From the NCBI GenBank assembly GCA_964563955.1, contig CAZLZH010000002.1, positions 12,517-76,516 of the forward strand: a DNA stretch of 64,000 nucleotides, read 5' to 3'. The DNA comes from an uncultured Bacteroides sp. (GTDB taxonomy: Bacteria > Bacillota > Clostridia > Lachnospirales > Lachnospiraceae). Positions 8,590 to 18,876 of this stretch are shown piece by piece. The notes under the pieces are model-generated. The model had not been told where the DNA came from, did no database searches, and was given only the letters and a program-made list of their open reading frames with translations. Position numbers and translations under genes: made by a program. Positions within the stretch are counted from its first letter, which is position 1; every line of letters starts with the position of its first letter.

Positions 8590-10116
8590 CTACAAGTAAT
8601 CCAACAACGAAGCCCGAACCAGATTACTTGTTGCCGCAAGCGCTGCCTCGTAAACAACATTCGCTTCCTTGTAGTTTAAAGCGGCTTCCTCCGTATTCAC
8701 ATCCTCGTTTTCCGACTTCAGTTCCTTAAATGTGCTATACTGCTCAGTCACACGTGTTTTTATCATTTCCAGCTTCGTCATGCGGCTTCCGACGTCTGAC
8801 TGTATCGCCGATACCTCATCCATATAATTTTGGAAATTCGTAATATTCGCTGCAAAGGTTTTCTGCATCGTCTCTTTCTTTACCGCAATCTCCACATTGA
8901 CATCCTCAAGCATCGCATTGATCTGCTTTACAGCATCCTCATTGGAAGCATACTGATTATCCTCCAGCATTGACTTCAGTTTTACCTCAGTCTCCTCTGC
9001 CGCCTGCAGGTCCTGCAAGGTATAAATCAGATCGTTAATATTATTACTCATTTCATCGTTGATGATATTTTTACCCTCAGTATTGACCTGAATACTCTGA
9101 CTAAAGTTCACTTCATAATAGATTGCCTGTATCTTGTCATACGTATCATAGGAGACCTCCTTGATCGTACCGTCTGACTGCTCGGTGTACTGTGTACAGT
9201 CGAAATAATGCTCCGGTCTCAAATCCCCGGATTTAAACTCATTCTTTGCATAGTCAACGACAATATCGTCTGCCTGTTTCAATGTATTATAGACATTCTC
9301 ACCAAATATTATCTCGCCTGTCTCCTCAATGATATTGATATCGTCCGGGCCGACGCGGTAATAGGAATCCGAATCCGCAGTTGTCTTAATCGACTGATTA
9401 AATCCGCTCAGATTGATTGCATTGCCATCCTTATCAAATGCGGCAAGATTCAGCACATCATTGCCCTTACGGTCTGTCTGTTCAATTCCTTCATAAGCCA
9501 GATTCAAGCGGTATACCTGCTCTTTATTCGGCTTTACATAGGTTGTACCTGCCAGATATGCGTCCACCTGCGTATAATCTACGCCATCTAAGACAACCGT
9601 TTTTGTGTCAAGGTCGTCCGGTGACATATGCTGTGTAATGCTGTAGGCATACTGGCTCACATCATCAGTCTCGTTAAACGCAAGTGAGCGGTCCGTCTTG
9701 TAACCGGAAAATATATACCGTCCTGCATAGGTGGAATTTCCCTCGCTGTTAATCATCTCCTGCATCTTTTTTAACACTTCGACGATTGCATTCCGGTCGG
9801 AGGAATTGAAGGAGTCTGTTGAACCCTGTGTACAGTACGACTGTATATCCTCAAGCCGGTCCGTAATGTTATCCAGCGATGTCGTTGTAATCGCCAGCCA
9901 CGAATTTGCATCTCCGATATTCTTGTCCTTATATTGTTCAAGCTGATTGACAGTCGTACGAAGCTTCAACGCCCGCACGGCAATCACCGGATCCTCCGAT
10001 GCCTTCATAATCTTCTTCCCTGTTGTCATCTGTGTCGTACGATTATCCAGATGTGTCATCGTCTTCTGCATATTCCGAAGGGAATTATTTGTTATCATCT
10101 GATTTGTAATTCTCAT
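8590..10116 (-). CDS. flgL: Hook-associated protein 3 FlgL
   Basis: MRITNQM...TGKKIMKASEDPV N-terminus and C-terminal SLLDYL. Confidence 0.93.
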   Translation of the reverse strand: MRITNQMITNNSLRNMQKTMTHLDNRTTQMTTGKKIMKASEDPVIAVRALKLRTTVNQLEQYKDKNIGDANSWLAITTTSLDNITDRLEDIQSYCTQGSTDSFNSSDRNAIVEVLKKMQEMINSEGNSTYAGRYIFSGYKTDRSLAFNETDDVSQYAYSITQHMSPDDLDTKTVVLDGVDYTQVDAYLAGTTYVKPNKEQVYRLNLAYEGIEQTDRKGNDVLNLAAFDKDGNAINLSGFNQSIKTTADSDSYYRVGPDDINIIEETGEIIFGENVYNTLKQADDIVVDYAKNEFKSGDLRPEHYFDCTQYTEQSDGTIKEVSYDTYDKIQAIYYEVNFSQSIQVNTEGKNIINDEMSNNINDLIYTLQDLQAAEETEVKLKSMLEDNQYASNEDAVKQINAMLEDVNVEIAVKKETMQKTFAANITNFQNYMDEVSAIQSDVGSRMTKLEMIKTRVTEQYSTFKELKSENEDVNTEEAALNYKEANVVYEAALAATSNLVRASLLDYL

Positions 10117-10141
10117 TGCTTTGGCCCCCTTTTACGCCCTA

Positions 10142-12010
10142 TCAAACTCCTGTATCATTTATAAGTTTATCGTAGACTTCATTTAAAACCGATATAATCT
10201 TGGATGCCAGATTGTATAAACTCTGGAATTTTGTCAAATCAGAAGCTTCTTCGTTTTTATCGACACCGGATATGGAAGCTCTCTGGTTGTCAATCGTGTA
10301 GCGTATATCGTCCTGATTGCCCGCGAACACTTCGTTCTTTTTTGTATCAACCGCCATGTTGGTCGTAAACGCCTGCATGAACTGTGATACATTACCCTGT
10401 TCAAACATGGATACATCCGTAAGACCGAATATCATCTTCTCTATAATCGGACAGGTCTCCACATCACCCTGCTCGATATCGCGGTCATACGATACGACAA
10501 TCCTCGCAGGATCCGTCTTCCACTCCTGATTCAGCTCCCAGTTTAATCCCGTCAGCCGGTAGTAGCTGCTGTCATCCGAGGAAAGTATGCCGGTTCCCTG
10601 CATCGTATCCTTCAGTACAAAATCCGAACCGTCCGCCTGTTCTGCCGTAAATGCATCCAAGCCATCTACGCCGTTTTCATCCACACCGGAGGTCGTAAGC
10701 TTGTTCATATAATCTGAAAATGTCCGAACCAGCTCATTTAACTGTGCCTGATAATACGGAATTCCCTTTACTTCATTTTTCAGACCGATCTGTGCCGGGA
10801 ATCCAACGATACCATCCGGAAATTCTGCTACTACCTCAACACGTTTCGAGTTGAGCATCGTCATATTTTTGAATGTAAAGTTATTGACATTGCCATCTGC
10901 ATCATATTCCGCAGTCCAGCCGTCATACAGATAATCCCGGCCATTCAAGGTGATTGTTCCGCGCTCCGGAACATTCAGCTTTTCTATCGGAATGCTCTCC
11001 GGAAGCGCCACCTGAATCTCGCTCGGATTTTCCGATACGCCAATTGTTGTTCCGGAAAACTGCTCTCCGTTGTTGCCGTCGCGGATATTAATCAGACCCG
11101 CAAGCTTTCCGATTGTCTTTGTTGCATTAAACCGCATGCTTCCCGAACCGTCTGCATTTTTCCAATAGATGTCCGTCAAACCGTCTATATCATTCAGATT
11201 CATTCGCTGTTCCCGCGGAACAACAACGAGTTCATTGTATCCAATCTCATCCACCAGAATCTGCCCGTCAATACGTACGCAGATTGTTTGTGCATTGGCC
11301 TCTACCTGATCCTGTCCGACTCCGAACATCATATTCCGTTCATCCACGTCTACATTTGTATATTCTGAGAGCTTGTCGATACATACGCCGCGCTGATCCC
11401 GCAGGTCATTTGCATTACCGCCCTTCAATTCAATCGTAATAATCTCCTGTGTCAATTCGTATATCTGCTTTGCAAGGGAATTTATCTCACTGACAGCAAG
11501 CTCGATTTCGTCATTGATTGTCTTCTGTGTGGATTGGAAATTGTCCGCAAGCTCATTGATCATGTCTGTAACGGAATCTGCCGTGAGTGCAAAAGAAATT
11601 CTTGTTGTATAGTCTGACGGATTGACCGCCATATCCTGCAGTGCATCCGAAAATTCTGACAGCCATTCTGTATAGCCTGCCTCCGATGTCATCTCATTCA
11701 TATAAGTCTGCAATTGTTCCAGATTTCTATGCTGCGCATCGTACTGATTATACTTTGAATTTGCGTACCAATACTTTGTGTCATAGTAGGCATTCCGCTG
11801 CCGCTCGATGCCATTTGCAGTAATACCGGTACCCATCATACCATATGTCTTTTTCAGGCGAAGCGCATCTGATGCTGTAGCCTGCACTTTCTGCTTGGAA
11901 TACCCTTTTGTGTCGGCATTGGAAACATTGTGCGCCGTTGTGTTGAGTGCTGTCTGAAAATATGACAAGCCGGAAAGGCCTGTGTTTAATCCTAAAAATG
12001 TAGATGGCAT
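10142..12010 (-). CDS. flgK: Hook-associated protein 1 FlgK (downstream copy)
   Basis: STFLGLNTGLSGL...TAHNVSNADTKGYSKQ, ANDLRDQR, SGVDKNEEASDLTKFQ. Confidence 0.92.
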   Translation of the reverse strand: MPSTFLGLNTGLSGLSYFQTALNTTAHNVSNADTKGYSKQKVQATASDALRLKKTYGMMGTGITANGIERQRNAYYDTKYWYANSKYNQYDAQHRNLEQLQTYMNEMTSEAGYTEWLSEFSDALQDMAVNPSDYTTRISFALTADSVTDMINELADNFQSTQKTINDEIELAVSEINSLAKQIYELTQEIITIELKGGNANDLRDQRGVCIDKLSEYTNVDVDERNMMFGVGQDQVEANAQTICVRIDGQILVDEIGYNELVVVPREQRMNLNDIDGLTDIYWKNADGSGSMRFNATKTIGKLAGLINIRDGNNGEQFSGTTIGVSENPSEIQVALPESIPIEKLNVPERGTITLNGRDYLYDGWTAEYDADGNVNNFTFKNMTMLNSKRVEVVAEFPDGIVGFPAQIGLKNEVKGIPYYQAQLNELVRTFSDYMNKLTTSGVDENGVDGLDAFTAEQADGSDFVLKDTMQGTGILSSDDSSYYRLTGLNWELNQEWKTDPARIVVSYDRDIEQGDVETCPIIEKMIFGLTDVSMFEQGNVSQFMQAFTTNMAVDTKKNEVFAGNQDDIRYTIDNQRASISGVDKNEEASDLTKFQSLYNLASKIISVLNEVYDKLINDTGV

Positions 12011-12029
12011 GTAATCAGCTCCTTATCTT

Positions 12030-13847
12030 TTATGCTCCAAGTCTATCAATCAAATGTTCAATCATTTCCGATACGACATTTATGTAACGGGAAGATGCAT
12101 TGTATGCATGTTGATATCTTATCATATTGGACAACTCCTCATCGGAAGAAACTCCGGCTACCTGTTGTCTTACATTGTCCACATCATTGACGGTCTGCTG
12201 CCCGGTTTCTGCCATAGCGTTATATGTAAATCCCCGGTCAGACAAATCGTCCAGCATGCCCGCATAATAGTCTTTATAATTACACTGCACCAGAGAATTC
12301 GGGCTTATAGTCGCAAATGTCTCATTCCAGCATGCTAGCAGCTTATCGGCTACCGTCTGTGCCTCCTCACCGGATACTCTGGACAGAGGAAGCAGGGATG
12401 GATTTTGCAAAAGTTTTTCATTGACCTGTATATCTCCGATTGTGTACAAGGAATAAAAATCATCCGGATTTTCCTCATTGTATACTTTATAGACTGCAGT
12501 TGTTCCGTCTGCCAATGTCAGGAGCCGCTCGGTATACCGTTCCATACTGTTTCTTACAAACAGCTCGGTTCCTGCATATTCATTTCCGTCTCCCATTCCG
12601 ATGCCGGCTGCATCTTCATCCAGTACCTTGACTGTACTTCCGTCTGCAAGTGTCACCTCTTTATTCGGGCAGAGCGTATCGTTGATCTGTGTGACCATCG
12701 CATGTACAAGCACATCGAACTGTGCCTCCAAATTTGTAATGGTATATGGTTCCACATATGTATTAAAATATTCCAGATCGCTGACATAGCTTCGCATATC
12801 CTGTTCATACTGTGTCATAGCGTTCTGATAATCTGCATTGTTGGCAAAATCAGTAGCAAGCGGTTTATCCGGTTTAACCGGTACATCCGTATAATTGCTG
12901 ACAAAATATCCACGTGCCATCATCAACCCGTGCAACGTTCCGACATCCGTATCATTGTCAGCGGATGGGATCCTGTTTATGTTAAATAAGGCTGCCTGAT
13001 CATCCTCCCAAATCGGCATCAAAAAGTCTGTCGAAGAATCTGTAAAATCATATTTTTCATTATATACTTTATTTTCGCCGATTTTCTGTGTCGTGATTGT
13101 ATAGGTTCTTCCAAGTGTTACGAGGCATCTGCCCTCTACATACACCTCAACCGTTCCGTCAACATTCGGAAGTATCTCGGTATTCACCATACCGGAGAGC
13201 TCATCCAATGCGGAATTCCGCTGATCCCGCAGGTCATTCGCATTCTCAATGTTCGCAGCCTCAATACCGAGAATCTCGGTATTTAATTCCATAATGGTTG
13301 TGGCAAGGTCGTTAATTCTCTTTACCTGATCTTTTATCTCCGCATTCAGATTTCTCTGATATTCAATCAGGCTGGAACGTATCGTCTGTATACGGTCCAC
13401 ATATGTTAATGCGTTCGATATAAAAGAGCTCCGGGTTACGATACTGTTTGTCTCCTTCTGCAGCTCCTGCATGGAAGACCAGAAGTCATCCAAAGTCGTG
13501 TTGAAATCTTTTCCCTCAAGCTCTCCGAAATAATTTTCAATTTCCGACACAGCCTCATACTGTGCCTTGTAATAGTTTGTACGACCAGACTCTATACGAT
13601 AAGTCTCATCGGCGAAATTGTTTCTGACCTGTCTTACCTCTGCAGTCAAAACGCCCATGCCGACTGAGTTCGTATAAAAAGAGCCTGTCGATATTTTATT
13701 ATATAAACAATCGCTCAAAAGGACCTGCTGTCTTGTAAACCCTTCGGTCTGTGTATTTATTAAATTGTGTGCGGTTGCGTTCAGTGCATACTGACTATTC
13801 TGTAATCCGGTTACACCGACATTCAACCTTCCCATCGTTCCTGCCAT
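12030..13847 (-). CDS. flgK: Hook-associated protein 1 FlgK (upstream copy)
   Basis: LNVGVTGLQNSQYALNATAHNLIN...GFTRQQV, ANDLRDQR, GVSSDEELSNMIRYQHAYNA. Confidence 0.92.
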   Translation of the reverse strand: MAGTMGRLNVGVTGLQNSQYALNATAHNLINTQTEGFTRQQVLLSDCLYNKISTGSFYTNSVGMGVLTAEVRQVRNNFADETYRIESGRTNYYKAQYEAVSEIENYFGELEGKDFNTTLDDFWSSMQELQKETNSIVTRSSFISNALTYVDRIQTIRSSLIEYQRNLNAEIKDQVKRINDLATTIMELNTEILGIEAANIENANDLRDQRNSALDELSGMVNTEILPNVDGTVEVYVEGRCLVTLGRTYTITTQKIGENKVYNEKYDFTDSSTDFLMPIWEDDQAALFNINRIPSADNDTDVGTLHGLMMARGYFVSNYTDVPVKPDKPLATDFANNADYQNAMTQYEQDMRSYVSDLEYFNTYVEPYTITNLEAQFDVLVHAMVTQINDTLCPNKEVTLADGSTVKVLDEDAAGIGMGDGNEYAGTELFVRNSMERYTERLLTLADGTTAVYKVYNEENPDDFYSLYTIGDIQVNEKLLQNPSLLPLSRVSGEEAQTVADKLLACWNETFATISPNSLVQCNYKDYYAGMLDDLSDRGFTYNAMAETGQQTVNDVDNVRQQVAGVSSDEELSNMIRYQHAYNASSRYINVVSEMIEHLIDRLGA

Positions 13848-13879
13848 GTCATTGCTCCTTTTGCGGTTGTCTTGTATTC

Positions 13880-14404
13880 TTAATTCTGTACATCAAATCT
13901 TCCGGCAGGTACATCTGCTGCATAACTGCCGTTCCCTTTAAACATATCCTTGGAATATTCTGCTGTCTCCGGCGCCCGATTCATATTCTGAAGCAGATTG
14001 ATGTTATACTCAATCATCGATAATGCCTCTTGAATCAGATTCTGATTGTGTCCGTTGATTTCCCGCACACGACGGGCGATTTTTGCCAATTTTTCGTTAA
14101 TTTCAATCAACGGATTACGGAATTCCGGCTGTCCGTCCAAAAACTCGATGACATCCGTCACCTTCACGTCATCCGGTCTTCTTCCCAATATGCTCGCAAC
14201 ACTTTCCATCGTTTCCCGTCTTTTGTGCTCCACACTTGCAAGCGCGTCCGCAAGGTTTTGTTCCTTCTCAGTTGTCTCTGACAACCGATCAAGGCTGTTA
14301 GAAACGATGGCTCCCGTCTTCTCCATAGAAACCTTCAAAAGCTGTTCGTACAACGCGTATTCATCATTCAACTCTGTAATCAGATTCTCAATTATACTTG
14401 CCAT
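13880..14404 (-). CDS. flgN: Flagellar export chaperone FlgN
   Basis: Helical 174-aa ORF between flgM and flgK, with INGHNQNLIQEAL motif. Confidence 0.85.
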   Translation of the reverse strand: MASIIENLITELNDEYALYEQLLKVSMEKTGAIVSNSLDRLSETTEKEQNLADALASVEHKRRETMESVASILGRRPDDVKVTDVIEFLDGQPEFRNPLIEINEKLAKIARRVREINGHNQNLIQEALSMIEYNINLLQNMNRAPETAEYSKDMFKGNGSYAADVPAGRFDVQN

Positions 14405-14424
14405 GCTTTTCTCCTGTCATAAGA

Positions 14425-14715
14425 CTAGTATCTTGATCTTGCAGCGTAGGTATCGAGCAGCTTCTGTGCAAAATCATCTATATCGACATCATAAGTTCCT
14501 GCATCCATGCGGCTCTTGATATCGTTAATCTTTGCTTCTCTTACATCCGATACAGCAGCAAGTGCTGTTTTTGCAGTCTGCATATCTTTGCCTGTGCTTG
14601 ACAGCATAACCTGATCTGTAAAGCCTGCCGCTCCGGATGCGCCCGATGATTTTGTCTTTTTTGTGCCAGTATTGCCATATATCTGGCTGATCATGTTATA
14701 AGACCCTATCCTCAT
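14425..14715 (-). CDS. flgM: Anti-sigma-28 factor FlgM
   Basis: DQVMLSS...DVREAKINDIKSRMDAGTYDVD. Confidence 0.92.
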   Translation of the reverse strand: MRIGSYNMISQIYGNTGTKKTKSSGASGAAGFTDQVMLSSTGKDMQTAKTALAAVSDVREAKINDIKSRMDAGTYDVDIDDFAQKLLDTYAARSRY

Positions 14716-14766
14716 AGCTATCCCTCCTTGGAAATTATTTTTGCCTAAAATAGTTTGTCAATAAGT

Positions 14767-14797
14767 TTATCGGACTTTTTTGAGTTATCATAACCCC
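14767..14797 (-). promoter_or_regulatory. Sigma-28-like promoter of the flgM operon
   Basis: Minus strand GGGGTTATG-N15-CCGATAA, nearly the same layout as the flagellin 1 promoter. Confidence 0.6.
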
Positions 14798-14821
14798 TTA
14801 TTTGAATTATTCTCACAATCC

Positions 14822-14893
14822 TGAATAAAAATGCCCGAATATTATGCTCTCCAAACAGACACCCTTCTGCTTCGAAATCATAATATCCGGGCA
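14822..14893 (-). terminator. Long-loop hairpin / probable terminator after yvyF
   Basis: 15-bp arms with 1 mismatch (TGCCCGAATATTATG at 14832, CATAATATCCGGGCA ending 14893), about 32-nt loop, followed by TTTTTATT on the minus strand. Confidence 0.4.
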
Positions 14894-14959
14894 GCCTCTT
14901 GCTGCAATATTTTGTTTAAATCCACCAAATTCAGTATGTTTATGACAAACTTGCTTTTC

Positions 14960-15358
14960 TCAATCCAGGAAATGCATCTTTCCAGATGAGGAAGAAGGTC
15001 TTCCCTTTAACTTAACCTCTTTTCGGAATGCATTATTCATAGCATCTGCAAGACCGCCTGCACAGGCCTTGCAAAATCTTCCGCTGTGTATCATCCGTCC
15101 GCAGCGTTCACATTCCAATCCGACGAGCGAATCATCCGTAAATGACAATCGTTCCTCCCGAACCCACTGCTTAATCTGACGCACGGAAACATCACATTCC
15201 TCTGCTACGACATTGATATTCTGCCCCGGGTTTTCCTCTATATATTTTTTTACTTCCTGAAATTTTTCCTCCAGCATTTCACGACAATTAGGACAGAGCT
15301 TTTCTCCCGTTATGTAATTAAACAATCTCTTACAATTTTTACAGTTTATCAGTTCCAT
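14960..15358 (-). CDS. YvyF-like flagellar operon protein (Zn-binding Cys motifs)
   Basis: NCKNCKRLF, LCPNC, IKQWVREERL and CERCG...RFCKAC; lies between comF and flgM as yvyF does in B. subtilis. Confidence 0.8.
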   Translation of the reverse strand: MELINCKNCKRLFNYITGEKLCPNCREMLEEKFQEVKKYIEENPGQNINVVAEECDVSVRQIKQWVREERLSFTDDSLVGLECERCGRMIHSGRFCKACAGGLADAMNNAFRKEVKLKGRPSSSSGKMHFLD

Positions 15359-15387
15359 ATCAAAGTTCCTCCTTAATCTTCATTTTC

Positions 15388-16101
15388 CTATGCTCCGTAT
15401 CCTATACATATACTTGTATAATATACGTCTGTAATTCCTTTTTCATGAAGCAGCTTCGTACACGCCTCAACCGTTGCTCCTGTCGTATAAATATCATCAA
15501 CCAGCATAATACACTTATAGCTTACTACTTTTTTTGTGCATTGGAAAGCTTTTTTCAAATTATCTTCTCTCTCAAGCGGAGAAAGCGACTTTTGCGGCTC
15601 TGTATTCACAACCCGGTATATAAGTTCCGTATCAACCGGTATCGACAACCGTTTCCCAAGCTCTCCTGCCAAAAGCTCCGCCTGATTATAGCCACGTTTC
15701 TTTAGCTTCTTTTTATGAATCGGAATCGGCACAAGCGCCTCTACAGGCAAAGAAAGTATCGTCTTTCCATGCCGTTTTATAATCTCGCTTACGTAAAAAG
15801 GCGCCATATATCGCTTATTATTATACTTAAATGCTGCGATACTCTCATCAAGCGGATATTGATACAGCATCGCCGGAAACCCTTTTTTATAGCTTCTGTT
15901 CATACGACTGCAATCCTGACAGTACGCCTGATTCTCATCCGAGACCCGGCCTCCGCACCGAAGGCATGTCGGCTCCGTAGGATACGCAATCATCTTCCTG
16001 CATTCCTCGCACACATATACTGCTCCATCCGGCAACACATCCCCACAAAGTGCGCACGCAGACGGATATACAAGTTCCCCAAGCTTCTCCAAAAAACTCA
16101 T
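15388..16101 (-). CDS. comF: ComF family protein (double zinc ribbon + phosphoribosyltransferase fold)
   Basis: CALC/CEEC, KKRGYNQAELLA, MLVDDIYTTGAT. Confidence 0.93.
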   Translation of the reverse strand: MSFLEKLGELVYPSACALCGDVLPDGAVYVCEECRKMIAYPTEPTCLRCGGRVSDENQAYCQDCSRMNRSYKKGFPAMLYQYPLDESIAAFKYNNKRYMAPFYVSEIIKRHGKTILSLPVEALVPIPIHKKKLKKRGYNQAELLAGELGKRLSIPVDTELIYRVVNTEPQKSLSPLEREDNLKKAFQCTKKVVSYKCIMLVDDIYTTGATVEACTKLLHEKGITDVYYTSICIGYGA

Positions 16102-18446
16102 ACCGGTTCCTCCTGCATCTCCTGCAAGCGCTGCGCAAGCGACGTATACCGCTTTTGTTCTTCCGTGTTATCTATCATCTGATTGACCAAACCGACATCC
16201 CCGACTATAATCACAAGCTGTCTTGCTCTCGTAATCGCTGTATAAATAAGGTTCCGGTTCATGAGCTTCCGGTTCCCGCCCAGAAGCGGAATGATGACTG
16301 CGGGATATTCGCTGCCCTGGGATTTATGAATCGTGACCGCAAATGCATGCTCAAGCTGTTCAAGCTCCCGGAAATTATACACACTCTCCCGTCCGTCATC
16401 AAACAATACGGTCAGTTCCTCATCATAATCGACAATATCAGTGACAATTCCCATATCGCCGTTAAACACACCGACTCCTTCATCTACGACATATCCTTTT
16501 CCGGTTCCGGTTTTAGAAATGCCGAATATCTTCCATTCCTGCTGATAATTGTTTTTAATCTGCATGACCTTGTCACCCTTTCGGAATATCACATCTCCGC
16601 GGGCGTGCTCCGGCTTATTCGACGCTTTCGGGTTTAACTTCTCCTGCAGACGGCGGTTCATATTATCCACACCGACATCATATTTTCTCATCGGACACAG
16701 CACTTGGATTTCCTGTGGTGCGAAGCCGTAATAATTCGGCAGGTTCTTCATCGTCAGCGTCTGAACCTCCTGCACAATCTGCTCTGCCGTTTGCTTTACG
16801 ATAAAGAAAAAATCATCGCTTTTATTGCTCATCACAATATGCTCGCCCCTGCAGATCTTATGTGCATTAAAGACAATATCACTGCCATCCTCCTGCCTGA
16901 AAATACGATTGAGTGTTGTGACCGGAAATACATCCGAGCGGATAATATCCTTCAATACATTTCCCGCACCTACTGATGGAAGCTGGTTCACATCCCCCAC
17001 CAAAATCAGGCGTGTACCATACGGAATCGCCTGCAAAAGCGAATAAAAAATATAGCTGTCTACCATGGACATCTCATCCACGATAATGGCATCACACTCC
17101 AATGGGTTATCTGCATTTCTGGAGAAATGCATACCCCGGTCCTCCTGATTTTGTGCATTTTCGTCGACGCCGCCGTTAATCTCCAGCAATCTGTGAATCG
17201 TCTGCGCCGGCCATCCGGTCGACTCCGTCATGCGCTTTGCTGCACGTCCGGTTGGCGCACACAATTTAATCTCCATGCCCTTCTTTGAAAAATACTTTAT
17301 GATAACATTGATAATTGTCGTTTTACCGGTTCCCGGGCCTCCGGTTATAACCGCTACACCGGCATCGATAGCTGCCCGAACCGCTTCCCGCTGCAAATCA
17401 TCCAGGAGGAAATCCTCTTCCTTTTCAATTGCTTTTATCTCCCGCTCCAATACATCCTCTTCCATATCATACCGAAGCTGTAAGTCTGTGAGCAAACGTG
17501 CCGTATTTAATTCGACATAATAATTTGGCGCACTGTAAATAACATCCTCATCATCCACAGTTTTTGCAACAACCTTTCCTGCAATTACCAATTCCAACAA
17601 CTGTTGTTCCAAAAGCTCCGCTGCCTGTTCATATGCAGATTCGCCGCTCTCCGCATCCTCATACTCCCCATATCCAAAGGATGACTGTCCATATATTCCT
17701 TCTACATCATTACCTGCATCTCTTGTTAATTCCACACATTTGCGAATCAAATCCTGCTTCGGAAGATACATATGTCCTTCATTTCCTGCTGTATTAAGTA
17801 CAAACAAAATGGATGATCGGAGACGAAATACCGAATCTGACGCAACGCCCATTCGTCTCGCAATCCGATCCGCAATCCGAAAGCCGATTCCGGAGATATC
17901 CTCAGCCAGCTTATAGGGATTCCCCTGTATGATATCGTATACCTTATTCCCATATGTATTATATATACGAATCGCAAGATTCACAGAAATTCCATATTCA
18001 GCAAGGAAAATCACAACCTCCTGAAATTCCTTTTTCTCGACATACGAGGTTGCAATCGACTGTGCCTTCCGCTCGGATATTCCGCTTATTTCAGCCAGGC
18101 GTTCCGGTTCCTCCTCTATGATTCGCAGTGTATCATCTCCGAATTTCTTTACGATCTTCTTCGCAAGTACGGCGCCAATCCCTTTGATAATGCCGGAGCC
18201 AAGATACCGTTCAATTCCAACCGTATCCTTCGGCATGCGGATTTCACAGGAAGAAAATTTAAACTGGATATCGTACTGCGGATGGTTCACATATTCCCCC
18301 TCTGCAATAACATAGAGACCCTCACCGGCACCCGGCAGGTTACCGACAAAGATCTCTTCTCCATCATCGCCTTCGACAGATAACACACAATATCCTGTCT
18401 CATCGCTCGCATATATGATTTTCTCGATATAGCCCTCTCTTGTCAT
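16098..18446 (-). CDS. recD2: ATP-dependent RecD2-like DNA helicase
   Basis: IERYLGSGIIKGIG HhH, Walker A GGPGTGKTT, DEMSM, GDVNQLPSVG, AFAVTIHKSQGSE, YTAITRA. Confidence 0.95.
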   Translation of the reverse strand: MTREGYIEKIIYASDETGYCVLSVEGDDGEEIFVGNLPGAGEGLYVIAEGEYVNHPQYDIQFKFSSCEIRMPKDTVGIERYLGSGIIKGIGAVLAKKIVKKFGDDTLRIIEEEPERLAEISGISERKAQSIATSYVEKKEFQEVVIFLAEYGISVNLAIRIYNTYGNKVYDIIQGNPYKLAEDISGIGFRIADRIARRMGVASDSVFRLRSSILFVLNTAGNEGHMYLPKQDLIRKCVELTRDAGNDVEGIYGQSSFGYGEYEDAESGESAYEQAAELLEQQLLELVIAGKVVAKTVDDEDVIYSAPNYYVELNTARLLTDLQLRYDMEEDVLEREIKAIEKEEDFLLDDLQREAVRAAIDAGVAVITGGPGTGKTTIINVIIKYFSKKGMEIKLCAPTGRAAKRMTESTGWPAQTIHRLLEINGGVDENAQNQEDRGMHFSRNADNPLECDAIIVDEMSMVDSYIFYSLLQAIPYGTRLILVGDVNQLPSVGAGNVLKDIIRSDVFPVTTLNRIFRQEDGSDIVFNAHKICRGEHIVMSNKSDDFFFIVKQTAEQIVQEVQTLTMKNLPNYYGFAPQEIQVLCPMRKYDVGVDNMNRRLQEKLNPKASNKPEHARGDVIFRKGDKVMQIKNNYQQEWKIFGISKTGTGKGYVVDEGVGVFNGDMGIVTDIVDYDEELTVLFDDGRESVYNFRELEQLEHAFAVTIHKSQGSEYPAVIIPLLGGNRKLMNRNLIYTAITRARQLVIIVGDVGLVNQMIDNTEEQKRYTSLAQRLQEMQEEPV

Positions 18447-18448
18447 AT

Positions 18449-18847
18449 CTAAACAGCGCTTTCCTCACTTACCTTGAGTGCTGCTTCCTCCTGTGCCTCG
18501 AACTGCTCCGGTGTTATTCCAGCATTTTGCTTTTTCATAGACTCATACAGCTGCTGTGCAAGTCCAAGCTTACCCTGGTCCGTTACAAGCTGCGCATACT
18601 GCTGTGCCTGAAGATCATACGCATATTCTGTATAACTATCTTCCTCTGAATCAGTCTTTGTCATCTCCCGCGCCCGTTTGAAAAGCTGTTCCACCATATA
18701 GCTCTCGAACTCCTTACAGGCATTTAACATTTCCTCATCCGTTGCCTCTGATGACTGCGTCTCTTTCAGCTTTCCGGTCAGCCCGCTTGTGTCAGCCAAA
18801 TTCATATAAGCAGAATAATCTGCATAACTGGTATTGATAGAATCCAT
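18449..18847 (-). CDS. flgJ: FlgJ-like rod-binding protein (no muramidase domain)
   Basis: ACKEFESYMVEQLFK...GLAQQLYESM rod-binding motif; follows flgG. Confidence 0.75.
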   Translation of the reverse strand: MDSINTSYADYSAYMNLADTSGLTGKLKETQSSEATDEEMLNACKEFESYMVEQLFKRAREMTKTDSEEDSYTEYAYDLQAQQYAQLVTDQGKLGLAQQLYESMKKQNAGITPEQFEAQEEAALKVSEESAV

Positions 18848-18876
18848 ATGTATCCCTTTCCTTCCCTAATCAGAAA

